A stretch of DNA of 64,000 bases from Flavobacteriales bacterium (GCA_044507815.1 JBIQIX010000001.1:40676-104675), one strand, 5' to 3'. Positions 53,310 through 63,860 are shown, counted from the stretch's first letter. Notes: generated by a model from the sequence alone, not told the origin. Made by a program: numbers and translations.

Positions 53310-54361
53310 TAGAGGCCACCTGGAAAGAGATTTCGTTCACACCCCGCTTTGCGCTGGGCACCAGCAAGGGCGTGATACAAGCACGCACGGCCTGGTTCCT
53401 GATCGCGTGGGAGAAGGACCGTCCCCAGGTGCGGGGCGTGGGTGAGGCGGCGCTTTTTCCCGGCCACAGCAAAGAGTTTCCGGCGGAGGTACGCACCAAG
53501 CTGCTTGAGTTGTGCGCCCACACAGCCGATTGGGGATCGCGGCTGCACACCGACCTGGTGAACGTGCCCAGTGTGCGCTTCGCCGTGGAACAATGCCTGC
53601 GCGACCTGCAAGCCAGCGGCAGCAAGGTGCTCTTCCCCTCCGAATTCACCTTGGGCAGGCAGGGCATACCCATCAATGGCCTAGTGTGGATGGGCGACAA
53701 GGCCACCATGCGGGCACGCATCAAGGAACAGATCGAAAAGGGCAACCGTTGCGTGAAAATGAAGATCGGGGCCATCGGCATTGAGGATGAACTGGAATTG
53801 CTGGCCGATGTGCGAAGACAGTTCAGTGCCGAAGAACTCGCCTTGCGCGTGGATGCGAACGGCGCCTTCAACAATAACAATGTAATGCCCGTGCTGGAGA
53901 GGCTCGCCCGGTTGCAGGTGGAAAGTATCGAACAGCCCGTGGCACCCGGACTGTATGAGGTAATGGAGGAAGTCTGCGCAAGAACGCCCCTGCCCGTAGC
54001 GCTGGATGAGGACCTCATCGGGCTGAACACGCCGGAGGCCAAACGCGACCTGCTGGACCACGTGCGGCCCCAGCGCATTGTGATCAAGCCGAGCCTGGTG
54101 GGCGGTTGGGCCGCTGCGCGGGAATGGATCGACCTTGCCAACGAGCGATCGATCGGTTGGTGGATCACTTCGGCATTGGAAAGCAGCATAGGCCTAAACG
54201 CCATCGCGCAATGGACCGCCACCTTGGGCAGCAACATTCCCCAAGGCCTTGGCACCGGCAGCGTGTACACGGATAATTTCCCATCACCGCTGGGCGTCGA
54301 AGGCGCAGCATTGCACTACCGGCCTGAGCGGGAATGGGACTTGGCGCGGTTATGGCCTTGA
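53306..54361 (+). CDS. menC: o-succinylbenzoate synthase
   Basis: INGLVWMG, KMKIG, RVDANG, IEQP, ALDE, KPSLVGG, SALES.IGL, GLGTG. Confidence 0.92.
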   Translation: MIEATWKEISFTPRFALGTSKGVIQARTAWFLIAWEKDRPQVRGVGEAALFPGHSKEFPAEVRTKLLELCAHTADWGSRLHTDLVNVPSVRFAVEQCLRDLQASGSKVLFPSEFTLGRQGIPINGLVWMGDKATMRARIKEQIEKGNRCVKMKIGAIGIEDELELLADVRRQFSAEELALRVDANGAFNNNNVMPVLERLARLQVESIEQPVAPGLYEVMEEVCARTPLPVALDEDLIGLNTPEAKRDLLDHVRPQRIVIKPSLVGGWAAAREWIDLANERSIGWWITSALESSIGLNAIAQWTATLGSNIPQGLGTGSVYTDNFPSPLGVEGAALHYRPEREWDLARLWP

Positions 54362-54381
54362 GCAGGAAATATCCGCGCACC

Positions 54382-55458
54382 ATGGCGCAAGCGTTCGATT
54401 CCCTTACACTGGACGGTGAGCACCTGTCGGCATACGATGCATACGCACGCATTCACCGCCAGCTCAACAGACGTGCCCGGGATAAACAGTGGCTTGGTGA
54501 ACTTCATTCGCTGATGACCGAACTGGTGCTATTCCGCGGTGCGTCGATCGCCGCCTGCACCAGCGGCACCACCGGGCCGCCCAAGTCCGTCCGAATTGCG
54601 CGCCGGGATCTGGTGAACAGTGCCCGGCTCACCTACGACACATTCGGCCTGAGGGAAGGGGACCGTGTCCTGCTTTGCCTGCCCTGCGCATACATAGCTG
54701 GCAAAATGATGGTGGTGCGCGCCATGGCGTTGGGGCTGGACCTGCACATCATCGACCCGCGCGGCAGCGTGCTCGATCACCTCAAGGTGCCGGATACATT
54801 CCGCTTCACGGCCATGGTGCCCTTGCAATTGCACCGCGCCATCCAAGAGGACCGCGAACGGGTGGGGGAGCAGTTCCGAACAATCCTGCTCGGTGGCGGC
54901 CCGGTAAGCGATGCCCTGGAAGAGGACCTGCAAGGCTTGCGAACCGAGGTGTACCAAGGTTATGCAAGCACGGAGACCGTGACCCATGTGGCGCTGCGCC
55001 GGGTGAATGGACCCGAAAAAAGCGATATCTACCATGGCATCGGGCGCATCACCTTCTCCGTGGACCGGCGCGGCTGCCTGGTGGTGCATACGCCGCACCT
55101 CACGCACAAGGAACATGTGACCAACGACCTTGTGGACCTGTTGGATGCAACACGTTTCCGGTGGTTGGGCCGCATTGACAATGTGATCCTCAGCGGCGGC
55201 AAGAAGATCTATCCCGAGCAGTTGGAGGCGCGCACCGCAGGGCTGCTCCCGCTGGCACATTATTTCAGTGCCGTACCGGACACGCGGCTGGGCCAAGCGG
55301 TATGCTTGGTGGTGGAAACCCGCGAGGGGATGGAGGTGCTTGCCGAATTGATGGAGCAATTGGCCACTGTGCTACACAAGCATGAGATGCCCAGGAAGGT
55401 CGTGGCCCTTGCCGAATTCAAGCGCACAAGGTCCGGCAAGGTGGTGCGCATGGCTTAG
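54382..55458 (+). CDS. menE: o-succinylbenzoate-CoA ligase (short Bacteroidota type)
   Basis: TSGTTGPPK, YIAGKMM, LLGGG, GY..TET.TH, TNDLV, GRIDNVILSGG.K. Confidence 0.9.
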   Translation: MAQAFDSLTLDGEHLSAYDAYARIHRQLNRRARDKQWLGELHSLMTELVLFRGASIAACTSGTTGPPKSVRIARRDLVNSARLTYDTFGLREGDRVLLCLPCAYIAGKMMVVRAMALGLDLHIIDPRGSVLDHLKVPDTFRFTAMVPLQLHRAIQEDRERVGEQFRTILLGGGPVSDALEEDLQGLRTEVYQGYASTETVTHVALRRVNGPEKSDIYHGIGRITFSVDRRGCLVVHTPHLTHKEHVTNDLVDLLDATRFRWLGRIDNVILSGGKKIYPEQLEARTAGLLPLAHYFSAVPDTRLGQAVCLVVETREGMEVLAELMEQLATVLHKHEMPRKVVALAEFKRTRSGKVVRMA

Positions 55459-56258
55459 GTGCAACGCTGCGCGGTGCCGGTTTCATCCTGCGCCACGGAA
55501 ATGGAAACCCGTAGCCGCCGCGATTCAAAATCCTGGAGTAGGGCACGTATGCAAAGGATCAGCCCGCCCATTTCGCACATTTCTTCCAAGGTGTACAGCA
55601 CGATGTAGCGCGGTTCCATGTATAGCCAGCAATCGCCGGGATTGGAGTACACCTCACAAGGCATCCAGGGAAAGAGCGCGGGGTCCTGGTAGGGCAGCGT
55701 ACGTGAAAGCTTGCCGCCGGCCATTTCAAGAAAAATAGCGCCGAAGAGATATACGGCACCGCTTACCAAAAGCTTACGGCGCAGCACGGGCCGCAGGTTC
55801 AGCAGCCAGCGGCCCAGGGCGATCACCACGGCCAGGGTGCCCAGGCCGTACGGGATCACCCATGCATAATAGAACCAGCCCAGGTTGCCGCCATCCTGGC
55901 TGCCATGGTGCAACAGGCGCAGGGTGAAGAGCATGAATTTCTCATGGATCTGCGAGCCTTCATCCACACCCAGGAAACAGAACACGGCGGCCATGATGAA
56001 CCAGCCGCGGCGCATGCGCCCCTTTTCGGCGCGGCCATGCAGGTAGAATAAGGCGGCGCCAATGAAAAAGAGCGCCACGTTGAAAAAGGTGGGCAGGTTG
56101 GCCTCAAGGTCCACATCGGCCAATTGGGTCAACGCTTCCACGCGCCAATGCAGCACCACGTGGCAGAATGCCACCCAAAGGTGCAAAAGGAGCAAAGCCC
56201 CCAGGATAAGGAGCAGGTACCGGGTGGTATGGCGCGCATGTAACGGGATGTGATGCAT
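55455..56258 (-). CDS. Conserved-type integral membrane protein of unknown function
   Basis: About 7 TM segments with D.EANLPT.F, DE...IHE, W.IPY and LEE..EM.G motifs. Confidence 0.75.
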   Translation of the reverse strand: MHHIPLHARHTTRYLLLILGALLLLHLWVAFCHVVLHWRVEALTQLADVDLEANLPTFFNVALFFIGAALFYLHGRAEKGRMRRGWFIMAAVFCFLGVDEGSQIHEKFMLFTLRLLHHGSQDGGNLGWFYYAWVIPYGLGTLAVVIALGRWLLNLRPVLRRKLLVSGAVYLFGAIFLEMAGGKLSRTLPYQDPALFPWMPCEVYSNPGDCWLYMEPRYIVLYTLEEMCEMGGLILCIRALLQDFESRRLRVSISVAQDETGTAQRCT

Positions 56259-56298
56259 TGCACAGGGAATGCGTCCCGCGCCCCGGGGCCTGGGCCAA

Positions 56299-56327
56299 GG
56301 CGCCACCCTCCCGAAGAGGATGGCGCC
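56299..56327 (-). terminator. GC-rich hairpin after the small zinc-ribbon gene
   Basis: GGCGCCA-C-CCTC / GAGG-A-TGGCGCC immediately past the stop codon. Confidence 0.45.
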
Positions 56328-56333
56328 CTGTGG

Positions 56334-56483
56334 TTACTTGCCCAAGATCTTGAACATGCCCGTGCCGCACTCGGGGCATTTGCCCTTCATCGCCTTGCGG
56401 CCGTTGGCCATGGTCACCTCATTCGCTTCCTTCATGTTGCGCTTCGCCTTGCACTTCACGCAATAGCCTTCAACTGCTGCCAT
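56334..56483 (-). CDS. 49-aa basic zinc-ribbon protein, DUF5679-like (absent from the ORF track)
   Basis: Hand translation MAAVEGYCVKCKAKRNMKEANEVTMANGRKAMKGKCPECGTGMFKILGK*; two CxxC pairs. Confidence 0.88.
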   Translation of the reverse strand: MAAVEGYCVKCKAKRNMKEANEVTMANGRKAMKGKCPECGTGMFKILGK

Positions 56484-56585
56484 CTTTGGATAGGTTTTAT
56501 TCCGGCCTTGCGGACGGAGGGTTCAACGCCAAAGTTGGTGGTTGGACCGGTTCCGGCAACAACGGGCTAGGCCGGTTATCAACAA

Positions 56586-57569
56586 TTAGCGAACAGCCGT
56601 CCCGTAGCCGGCGCGTGCCCTTACCCGGGCCAAGGTGCGCGCGGCCACGGCGCGTGCCTTTTCCGCCCCCACCGCCAACAGACGGTCCAATTCGCCGGTA
56701 TCGGCCATCAATTCCGCGAAGCGGGCGCGCTGCGGGGCAAAGCGTTCGGTGAGCACCGCGAGCAACTCTTTCTTCGCATGGCCGTAGCCGAAGCCGCCGG
56801 ACTGGTAGTTGCGCTCCATTTCCTTGGCCTTGTCGGCCGGGGCCACCAGTTCGAACAGCCGGAACACGTTGTCGGTGTGCGGGTCCTTGGGTTCCTCCAG
56901 CGTCCTGCTATCGGTCACGATCCCCATCACCTGTTTCCTCAGGTCTTTTTCCGGCAGGAAAATGTTGATCGTGTTGTTGTAGCTCTTGCTCATTTTCCGG
57001 CCGTCGGTGCCGGGGATGGTCATCAGCGCCTCGTTGATCCTGGCCTCGGGCAACACGAAGGTATCCTCACCATAGGCATGGTTGAAGGCGCCAGCAATGT
57101 CGCGGGTGATCTCCAGGTGCTGCTTTTGGTCCTTGCCCACGGGCACCACGTCGGCATCATAAAGCAGAATGTCGGCGGCCATGAGCACCGGGTAATAGAA
57201 AAGCCCAGCATTCACCTGGCTCACGTTGCTGCTTTTGTCCTTGAACGAATGGGCATTGGCCAGCATGGGGTACGGCGTGAGGCACCCGAGGAACCAAGTG
57301 AGTTCGGCCACTTCGGGCACGTCGCTTTGGCGATAAAAGACGACTTGGTCCACGTCCAGCCCGCAGGCCAGCCATGCCGCGGCCACGGCGTATGTGTTGT
57401 TGCGCAGCAGCACGGGGTCGCGCACGGTGGTGAACGAATGCAGGTCGGCGATGAAAAGAAAGGCCTCGTTGCCGGGTGCGCTGCCCTGCTCAATGGCGGG
57501 CAGGATCGCCCCGAGCAGATTGCCCAAGTGCGGAATGCCCGTGCTTTGAATGCCGGTGAGTACGCGCAT
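56586..57569 (-). CDS. trpS: Tryptophanyl-tRNA synthetase
   Basis: TGIQSTG.PHLGN, YPVLMAADIL, VPVGKDQ.QHLE, KMSKS. Confidence 0.96.
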   Translation of the reverse strand: MRVLTGIQSTGIPHLGNLLGAILPAIEQGSAPGNEAFLFIADLHSFTTVRDPVLLRNNTYAVAAAWLACGLDVDQVVFYRQSDVPEVAELTWFLGCLTPYPMLANAHSFKDKSSNVSQVNAGLFYYPVLMAADILLYDADVVPVGKDQKQHLEITRDIAGAFNHAYGEDTFVLPEARINEALMTIPGTDGRKMSKSYNNTINIFLPEKDLRKQVMGIVTDSRTLEEPKDPHTDNVFRLFELVAPADKAKEMERNYQSGGFGYGHAKKELLAVLTERFAPQRARFAELMADTGELDRLLAVGAEKARAVAARTLARVRARAGYGTAVR

Positions 57570-57597
57570 GTTTCAAGGGTATGGCATGAACGGGGGC

Positions 57598-57619
57598 CGA
57601 AGATAGAGCGGTAGCTTCG
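57598..57619. promoter_or_regulatory. Back-to-back -7 box variants for divergent trpS and plsC
   Basis: TATCTTCG on the minus strand (57598-57605) and TAGCTTCG on the plus strand (57612-57619). Confidence 0.45.
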
Positions 57620-57623
57620 CCCC

Positions 57624-58454
57624 TTGCTTTTCAACGACGTGAAGGAACAGCCGAACGCAAGTACCGATCGCGTGGCCGCGGGCAATGAACTGCGCCGCCC
57701 GCTATGGAAATGGCTTTTCCTGCCCTTGCGCCTGCTTTTCAAATTGTGGTTCGCCTTCATCTTCGGCCTGTCGCTGCTGGTGCTGTACGTGCCCTTCCGG
57801 CTATTGCTGCGGGATCCCTCGGGCTATAAGGCGGCATTCCGCCTCATGCAGGGCTGGGGCTATTTTTTGGCCTATGGCGGGCTGGTGCCCCTGCGGGTGG
57901 AGCAACGTTCACCCTGGCCCGATCCGCCCTATGTGGTATGCATCAACCACAGCAGCTACATCGATATCGTGCACACGTTCTGCCTGGTTCCGCACTACTT
58001 TCTTTTCATGGGCAAGCATGAGTTGCTGCGATGGCCCCTGTTCAACATCTTTTTCCACGACATGCACATTGCGGTGAACCGGTCCAACGGCATGGAGGCC
58101 GCCCGTGCGCTGAAAAAGGCCGGCGACGCGCTGGAGGCCGGTGCGTGCGTGAGCATTTTCCCCGAAGGCACCATTTCGGCGCAGGCCCCGCGCCTGCTGC
58201 CTTTCAAGGACGGTGCCTTCCGGCTGGCGATACGGAAGCAGGTGCCCATCGTGCCGGTGACCTTGTTGGACAATTGGTACATGTTCGGCGATCCGGAAAA
58301 GCCGCTGAGCGCGGGAAGGCCCGGTATTTCGAGGGCCATTGTGCATGCCGCAGTACCCACCCGGGGGCTTGCCGCCAACGATGCGGCCGCGCTGCGCGAG
58401 CGGATATTCCGGCAGATCGAGGCACCTTTGCAGCAGGCATATCCCGCAAAATGA
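57624..58454 (+). CDS. plsC: Lysophospholipid acyltransferase (PlsC family); start uncertain
   Basis: NHSSYIDI, FMGK.EL, IFPEGT, FKDGAF.LAI. Confidence 0.9.
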   Translation: MLFNDVKEQPNASTDRVAAGNELRRPLWKWLFLPLRLLFKLWFAFIFGLSLLVLYVPFRLLLRDPSGYKAAFRLMQGWGYFLAYGGLVPLRVEQRSPWPDPPYVVCINHSSYIDIVHTFCLVPHYFLFMGKHELLRWPLFNIFFHDMHIAVNRSNGMEAARALKKAGDALEAGACVSIFPEGTISAQAPRLLPFKDGAFRLAIRKQVPIVPVTLLDNWYMFGDPEKPLSAGRPGISRAIVHAAVPTRGLAANDAAALRERIFRQIEAPLQQAYPAK

Positions 58455-58744
58455 AGATCGACGAAGCAACATTGGACCATGTGGCCGAACTGGCCCGCCT
58501 AGACCTATCGGACCGCGAGGTGCGCGATTCGATGCTGCAGGACATGCAGCGTGTGATCAATTTCGTTGAAGTACTGGCACAGGTGGACACCACAGGGGTG
58601 GAACCACTGATCTTCATGACCGAAGAACACGACCGGTTACGGCCTGATGTGGCGGCGCCCGGCCTAAGCCGTGAGCAGGCCCTGGCCAATGCCCCGGTAA
58701 AGGACAGTGATTATTTCAAGGTGCCCAAGGTTGTTGGGCAGTGA
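58451..58744 (+). CDS. gatC: Asp/Glu-tRNA amidotransferase subunit C
   Basis: HVAELARL, VDTTGVEPL, LRPD, ALANAP....YFKVPKV. Confidence 0.93.
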   Translation: MKIDEATLDHVAELARLDLSDREVRDSMLQDMQRVINFVEVLAQVDTTGVEPLIFMTEEHDRLRPDVAAPGLSREQALANAPVKDSDYFKVPKVVGQ

Positions 58745-58774
58745 TCGGCGCGGAACGCGAAATAACAAGAACCG

Positions 58775-59968
58775 ATGTACGGAACATTCAAGGAACATTT
58801 GGCGAAGGAATTGACGGCCATTGAAGAGGCCGGCCTTTACAAGCGCGAGCGCATCATCACCAGCGAACAGAATGCCGAGATCACGGTCAACGGCAAGCAG
58901 GTGTTGAACTTCTGCGCAAACAATTACCTGGGGCTGAGCTCGCACCCCGAAGTGGTGAAGGCCGCGCATGAAACCTTGGACAGCCATGGCTATGGCATGA
59001 GCAGCGTGCGGTTCATCTGCGGCACGCAGGACATACACAAGGAGCTGGAGCGCAAATTGGCCGAGTTCCACGGTACTGAGGATACCATCCTGTATGCGGC
59101 CTGTTTCGATGCGAACGGCGGGGTGTTCGAGCCGTTGCTCGGCCAGGAGGATGCCATCATCTCGGATTCCTTGAACCATGCAAGCATCATTGACGGGGTG
59201 CGCCTGTGCAAGGCGAAGCGCTACCGGTATGCCAACAACGACATGGCCGACCTTGAGGCCCAGTTGCGCACGGCACGCGCCGATGGGGCGCGGTACATCG
59301 TGATCGTTACCGATGGTGTATTCAGCATGGATGGGATCATCGCCGACCTGGCCTCCATTTGCGACCTGGCGGACAAGTACGAGGCCCTGGTGATGGTGGA
59401 TGATTGCCATGCGGCCGGTTTCATTGGCAAAACCGGCCGCGGCACGGCCGAGCATTGTGGCGTGATGGGCCGCATCGATATCATTACGGGCACCTTGGGC
59501 AAGGCGCTGGGCGGCGCCATGGGCGGATATACCACCGGGCGCAAGGAGATCATCGACATGCTGCGCCAGCGTTCGCGGCCCTACCTGTTCAGCAACTCAT
59601 TGGCGCCCGCCATCGTGGGGGCCTCCATCCGTGTGATCGATCTCTTGAGTTCCTCCACGGAACTGCACGATAAGCTCGAGCGCAACGTGAAGCAATTCCG
59701 CGAAGGCATTGAAAAGCTCGGATTCAAAACGCGGGGGGCAGGTGCCGCTATCGTTCCCGTGATGCTGGGCGACGCCAAGCTGAGCCAGGTCATGGCCGAT
59801 AAACTTTTGGAGGAAGGCATTTATGTGATCGGCTTCTTCTTCCCGGTGGTGCCCAAAGGTGAGGCACGCATACGGGTGCAATTGAGCGCCGCACACAGCC
59901 CGGAGCAGATCGATAAGGCCCTGGCGGCGTTTGCCAAGGTGGGCAAGGAGCTGGGCGTGGTCGGCTAG
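58775..59968 (+). CDS. kbl: Glycine C-acetyltransferase (2-amino-3-ketobutyrate CoA ligase)
   Basis: [51 protein letters not shown]. Confidence 0.96.
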   Translation: MYGTFKEHLAKELTAIEEAGLYKRERIITSEQNAEITVNGKQVLNFCANNYLGLSSHPEVVKAAHETLDSHGYGMSSVRFICGTQDIHKELERKLAEFHGTEDTILYAACFDANGGVFEPLLGQEDAIISDSLNHASIIDGVRLCKAKRYRYANNDMADLEAQLRTARADGARYIVIVTDGVFSMDGIIADLASICDLADKYEALVMVDDCHAAGFIGKTGRGTAEHCGVMGRIDIITGTLGKALGGAMGGYTTGRKEIIDMLRQRSRPYLFSNSLAPAIVGASIRVIDLLSSSTELHDKLERNVKQFREGIEKLGFKTRGAGAAIVPVMLGDAKLSQVMADKLLEEGIYVIGFFFPVVPKGEARIRVQLSAAHSPEQIDKALAAFAKVGKELGVVG

Positions 59969-59977
59969 GCAGCCGGC

Positions 59978-60892
59978 CTATTGGCGCACCACTTCATAGC
60001 GCACCACATCAATGGCGCCGGTCTCGTTGTTCTTCGTGATCAGGGCCTTCAGCAACATCGAGCCTTCCGCGTAGAGGTATTCGGTGTGCTGCATCAACAG
60101 GCCATCGCGCAGCAGGTCGCGCGTGAGCGGGTTGCCGGCGCCGTCGTAGGTCCATTGCATGCTGGTCCAATGCTGCTGCCCAAGGTCGGGTTGTTCGCTG
60201 CGCTCTGAAAGACGCCCCTGTTCATTGTAGGTGAAGCTGATCCGGCCACGCCGCTGCGTGATCAGGTTACGCCGGTCGATCGACCGCAGGTAACCGAGTT
60301 TGTCATGCGTGTACACTTCCTCCTGATAGGCCCGCCCCTGGTCGTTCAGCCAGGTCTTGCGCAACGTGGTATCGTTCAATTGGGCGTATTCAAAGCGCTC
60401 ATCGCTGATCACGGTGGCCGGTCCTTCAATGAACTGGTAGCGTCCGCTTGCGGCATTCTCCATGCGCACGTGCTCCACATGGTCCGGGCGCCCCTGTGCA
60501 TCGTATTGCATGCGCAGCGCGAAGAAGCCGTGCACGTCGTTGCGCAGTTCCTGGATCAATTGCCCCTTTGCGTTGTAGCTGTACCGCACAGAGGCGGTGT
60601 CCATGCCGGATCCGGGCTTGCCGAACGAGTTGTTGGCATAGCCCAATTTGCCGTCAGCGGCGAACCGGTACAGGAAATGGCGGTCCAGCGCCACCATGGG
60701 CTTGTTCTCCCGTTTCACCCAGGCCTGGCCCGCTACGCTCACCACATTGTTCCGGGCAATGAATTCCGGATTGAAGCGCAGCACATCGGGGTCCGCGGCA
60801 CCGGCTTCCACGCGCAACATCTGGGCCCGGGCACCACCCAGCGCGCACAGCAGCAGCGCCGCGCAAAGCCCCGGGCGCAGCAGGTGGCGCAT
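59978..60892 (-). CDS. Secreted hypothetical protein with YD-like beta-hairpin repeats
   Basis: Signal peptide ending ARAQ; repeated Y.YNAKGQL, YDAQGRP, YNEQGRL, YDGAGNP. Confidence 0.65.
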   Translation of the reverse strand: MRHLLRPGLCAALLLCALGGARAQMLRVEAGAADPDVLRFNPEFIARNNVVSVAGQAWVKRENKPMVALDRHFLYRFAADGKLGYANNSFGKPGSGMDTASVRYSYNAKGQLIQELRNDVHGFFALRMQYDAQGRPDHVEHVRMENAASGRYQFIEGPATVISDERFEYAQLNDTTLRKTWLNDQGRAYQEEVYTHDKLGYLRSIDRRNLITQRRGRISFTYNEQGRLSERSEQPDLGQQHWTSMQWTYDGAGNPLTRDLLRDGLLMQHTEYLYAEGSMLLKALITKNNETGAIDVVRYEVVRQ

Positions 60893-60894
60893 GC

Positions 60895-62910
60895 TCACCG
60901 CATTTGGGCCAAAGCCTCTTCCACGGTGGTCACGGGCAGGCTGCATACATTGTTCTCGCATACATGAATGGTGGTTTCCCCGGTGGACGCTTTGTCCTCC
61001 AGAAGCGGTAACGTGCTGGTGCCGGTAGTGCCAACAAAGAGCCGGCCGGGTATGTAGTGTGTGCCGAACCCGCGGCGCAGGTCCATGGCCTTCGGCCCGG
61101 TGATCGCCACTTCGTACCAAGGATACGCATGGTCCATGAGCAGCAAGGCCCAGTTGGCATAACCGCCCGGGTAGTCGGCCATCATGGGCATTACGTTGTG
61201 CAACTGTTGCCGCGAGATCGCCAAGTAACGCTCGTTGCCCAGCAAATGCCCCAACAGGAACAGCGCTTTGGCCATGCTTGAATTGGACGAGGGGATCACA
61301 TTGTCCGCCACTTCCATTTTCCGTGCGATCAGCGGGGGATCGAGCTTGCTGGTGAACATGAACATGCCGCTGGGCCGGTCCAGAAAATGTTCGATGGCAT
61401 GATCGGCCAGGTTTTCCGCGTGTTTCAGCCACTCCTCGTTGAATGTGCATTGGTACAGGGCGGCCAAGGCCTCCAGCATGAAGGAATAATCCTCCAGGTA
61501 GCCGTTCACCGCGGTGGTGCCCTTGGTGTAACTGTGCCATAGACCGCCATCCTCACGGCGGCAAACACCGAGCAGCAAGCGCATCGTTTGTTCCGCCTCC
61601 TGCAGGTTCTCCGGTCCGCCGAAAGCATCGTGCGCATCGCATAGCGCCGTCACCATCATGGCGTTCCACGAGGTCAACACTTTGTCATCCAGGGAGGGCC
61701 GTGCACGTTCTTCACGCGCGGCGAGCAGCCTGGCATCGATTGCTTCCCGCTTCGCTTTCAATTCGGACAGGTCCAGGTCCAGTTCCTTGGCCATCGCCTC
61801 ATCCGGACGCGTGCGCAGCAATATGCTTTCGCCGTTCTCCCAGTACCCCGCGCCGTCCACGTTGTAATAGACCATGGCGAAGTCGGCATCCGGCCCGGTG
61901 TGTTTCGCTATTTGGTCCTCATTCCACAGGTAGAACAAGCCTTCCTGCCCTTCGGTGTCGGCGTCCAGGGCGCTGTACCAGCCGCCTTCGGGCGAGCGCA
62001 TTTCACGGCGTGCCCAGGCCAGGGTGCGCTGTGCCGTGCCGCGGTATTCCTCCTCGCCAAAATGGCTATAGGCCTTGCTGTACAATGAAATGAGCTGGGC
62101 ATTGTCGTACAGCATCTTCTCAAAGTGGGGCACCTTCCATTGAATGTCGGTGCTGTACCGGGCAAAGCCGCCGCCGATCTGGTCGAAGATGCCGCCTTGG
62201 GCCATTTTATCCAGCGTAAGGCGCACTTGCCGTGCCACGCGCTTGTTGCCGGTGATGGCCGCGTACCGGAGCAAAAAGGCATAATTGCAGGGCATGGGGA
62301 ACTTGGGTGCGCGATCAGGCCCGCCCCAAGTGGTGTCGAAATGCTTTTCCAGCCCGTTCGCCATGCGCTGCACATCCTTGCGCGTGAATTCCTGCGGTCC
62401 GGCGTTCAATTCCACCAGTTCGGCCTGCACGATACCGGCGTGGAGCCGATCCGCGTATCCGGCCACCTTGTCCGGCTCCTGTTGCCACGTATGTTGGAGT
62501 TGTTGCAGCACGTGCAGCCATTGTTCCCTGTGGAAATAGGTGCCGCCATACACCGGCCGCCCATCGGGCAGGGTGAAACAGTTGAGCGGCCAGCCGCCGT
62601 GCCCGGTCATCAATTGCACGGCGGTCATGTACACTTGATCGATATCCGGCCGCTCCTCGCGGTCCACCTTGATGCAAACGAAGTGTTCGTTCATCACGCG
62701 GGCCAGCTCCTCATCCTCGAAGCTCTCACGCTCCATTACGTGGCACCAATGGCATGTACTGTAGCCAATGCTCACCAGTACAAGCTTATTTCCCGCGCGG
62801 GCCGCTTCAAACGCCTTTTCGCCCCATGGCCGCCAGTTCACGGGGTTGTGCGCATGTTGCAGCAGGTAGGGGCTGGTTTCAGTGGAAAGAAGGTTCGTAT
62901 GTTCGGCCAT
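60895..62910 (-). CDS. yyaL: YyaL/SPATA20 family thioredoxin-domain protein (DUF255)
   Basis: [52 protein letters not shown]. Confidence 0.94.
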   Translation of the reverse strand: MAEHTNLLSTETSPYLLQHAHNPVNWRPWGEKAFEAARAGNKLVLVSIGYSTCHWCHVMERESFEDEELARVMNEHFVCIKVDREERPDIDQVYMTAVQLMTGHGGWPLNCFTLPDGRPVYGGTYFHREQWLHVLQQLQHTWQQEPDKVAGYADRLHAGIVQAELVELNAGPQEFTRKDVQRMANGLEKHFDTTWGGPDRAPKFPMPCNYAFLLRYAAITGNKRVARQVRLTLDKMAQGGIFDQIGGGFARYSTDIQWKVPHFEKMLYDNAQLISLYSKAYSHFGEEEYRGTAQRTLAWARREMRSPEGGWYSALDADTEGQEGLFYLWNEDQIAKHTGPDADFAMVYYNVDGAGYWENGESILLRTRPDEAMAKELDLDLSELKAKREAIDARLLAAREERARPSLDDKVLTSWNAMMVTALCDAHDAFGGPENLQEAEQTMRLLLGVCRREDGGLWHSYTKGTTAVNGYLEDYSFMLEALAALYQCTFNEEWLKHAENLADHAIEHFLDRPSGMFMFTSKLDPPLIARKMEVADNVIPSSNSSMAKALFLLGHLLGNERYLAISRQQLHNVMPMMADYPGGYANWALLLMDHAYPWYEVAITGPKAMDLRRGFGTHYIPGRLFVGTTGTSTLPLLEDKASTGETTIHVCENNVCSLPVTTVEEALAQMR

Positions 62911-62996
62911 GGTAACTTCACGAGCGGCCGTGGCAGCTTGTGCCGGCAGCCTGGCTTGGCGCCGGCCACCGCGTGCCCATAGCATTCCCGCCGCGA

Positions 62997-63860
62997 ATGG
63001 ATAAAGGTACGGGTACCGGTTGGCGGCTTCGGCCGCCGTGGGAGCGTGCTCGTCAACAGCGGCCCGTTGATCGCGGCGCGGATGGCCCACAGTGGCCTGT
63101 ATACCTCATGTTGGCCGGCATTTTCGCCCTGGTGTTCTCCTTGGTGGCCTTGGGCCCGCACACCGTGGTGGGGTTGAATGAGCTGGCCCGGTGGTTCGGG
63201 CTGCTGGCCTTCATTGGCAACCTGGCGCCCAAGCGATTGTATACCAAGCCCTTGGCCATGGATCGCGGCGAATGGTTCTGGTTCAACCTGCTGGCGGTCG
63301 GGCCTTTGTTGATGAGCGCCGGGCTTGCCGCCAACTCAATCATCAGGGGCCCGGAACAAACGATACTCGTGCTCGATCCGGCGCATTTCGACCTCGACGC
63401 CTATTGGACCGCGCACCGCGAGTTGCCGCCGCACGAGGACTGGCCGATGGCGCATGAGGAATTGTCCTACCGCTTGCAGGAGTTGGAGCCGGCCATGGTA
63501 TTCCGTTTGTCCAAAGGTTGCCTTGGCCGATGGGTGGTGCTATCCCGCCACAGCGTGGTGGTGGGGCCACGCAAGAGAGGCCGCTCAGCGCAGGTCAAGG
63601 TCCTGCTCCAGTTCGAACGGGAACCGCTTGCGCACCATTTTGGCCTTCGCCAGCACCGTGCCCTTGGCCTGCAGGTGCAGCGTGCCGCCCATGGCGGTGC
63701 CCAACAGCAACGGCATCCAGTTGGTGCCGGGGTTGACCGTGGCATGCAGGGGGATCTGGTACACTTGGGTGGAGTTGGGCACCAGCACCAGGGCGCTGTC
63801 CATTACGGCCTTGCCCAACGGCATGCCGTTCAGCAACAAGTCCACATCTGGCTCGCTTAA
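62997..63860 (+). CDS. Hypothetical membrane protein; 3' end runs 276 bp into the opposite-strand gene
   Basis: Three hydrophobic segments; fills otherwise empty space 62910-63585; the tail looks like antisense shadow. Confidence 0.55.
   Translation: MDKGTGTGWRLRPPWERARQQRPVDRGADGPQWPVYLMLAGIFALVFSLVALGPHTVVGLNELARWFGLLAFIGNLAPKRLYTKPLAMDRGEWFWFNLLAVGPLLMSAGLAANSIIRGPEQTILVLDPAHFDLDAYWTAHRELPPHEDWPMAHEELSYRLQELEPAMVFRLSKGCLGRWVVLSRHSVVVGPRKRGRSAQVKVLLQFEREPLAHHFGLRQHRALGLQVQRAAHGGAQQQRHPVGAGVDRGMQGDLVHLGGVGHQHQGAVHYGLAQRHAVQQQVHIWLA

Noticed and set aside
53257-54270. 337-aa minus-strand ORF
   Set aside because: Ser/Arg-rich shadow of menC
56250-56570. Plus-strand 106-aa and 65-aa ORFs
   Set aside because: Shadows of the better-supported 49-aa minus-strand zinc-ribbon gene
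58451-58744. gatC without gatA or gatB
   Set aside because: Dispersed gat genes are ordinary in Bacteroidota
59978-60892. YD-like repeats as an Rhs toxin system
   Set aside because: Only ~304 aa; no Rhs core motif, toxin tip or immunity gene
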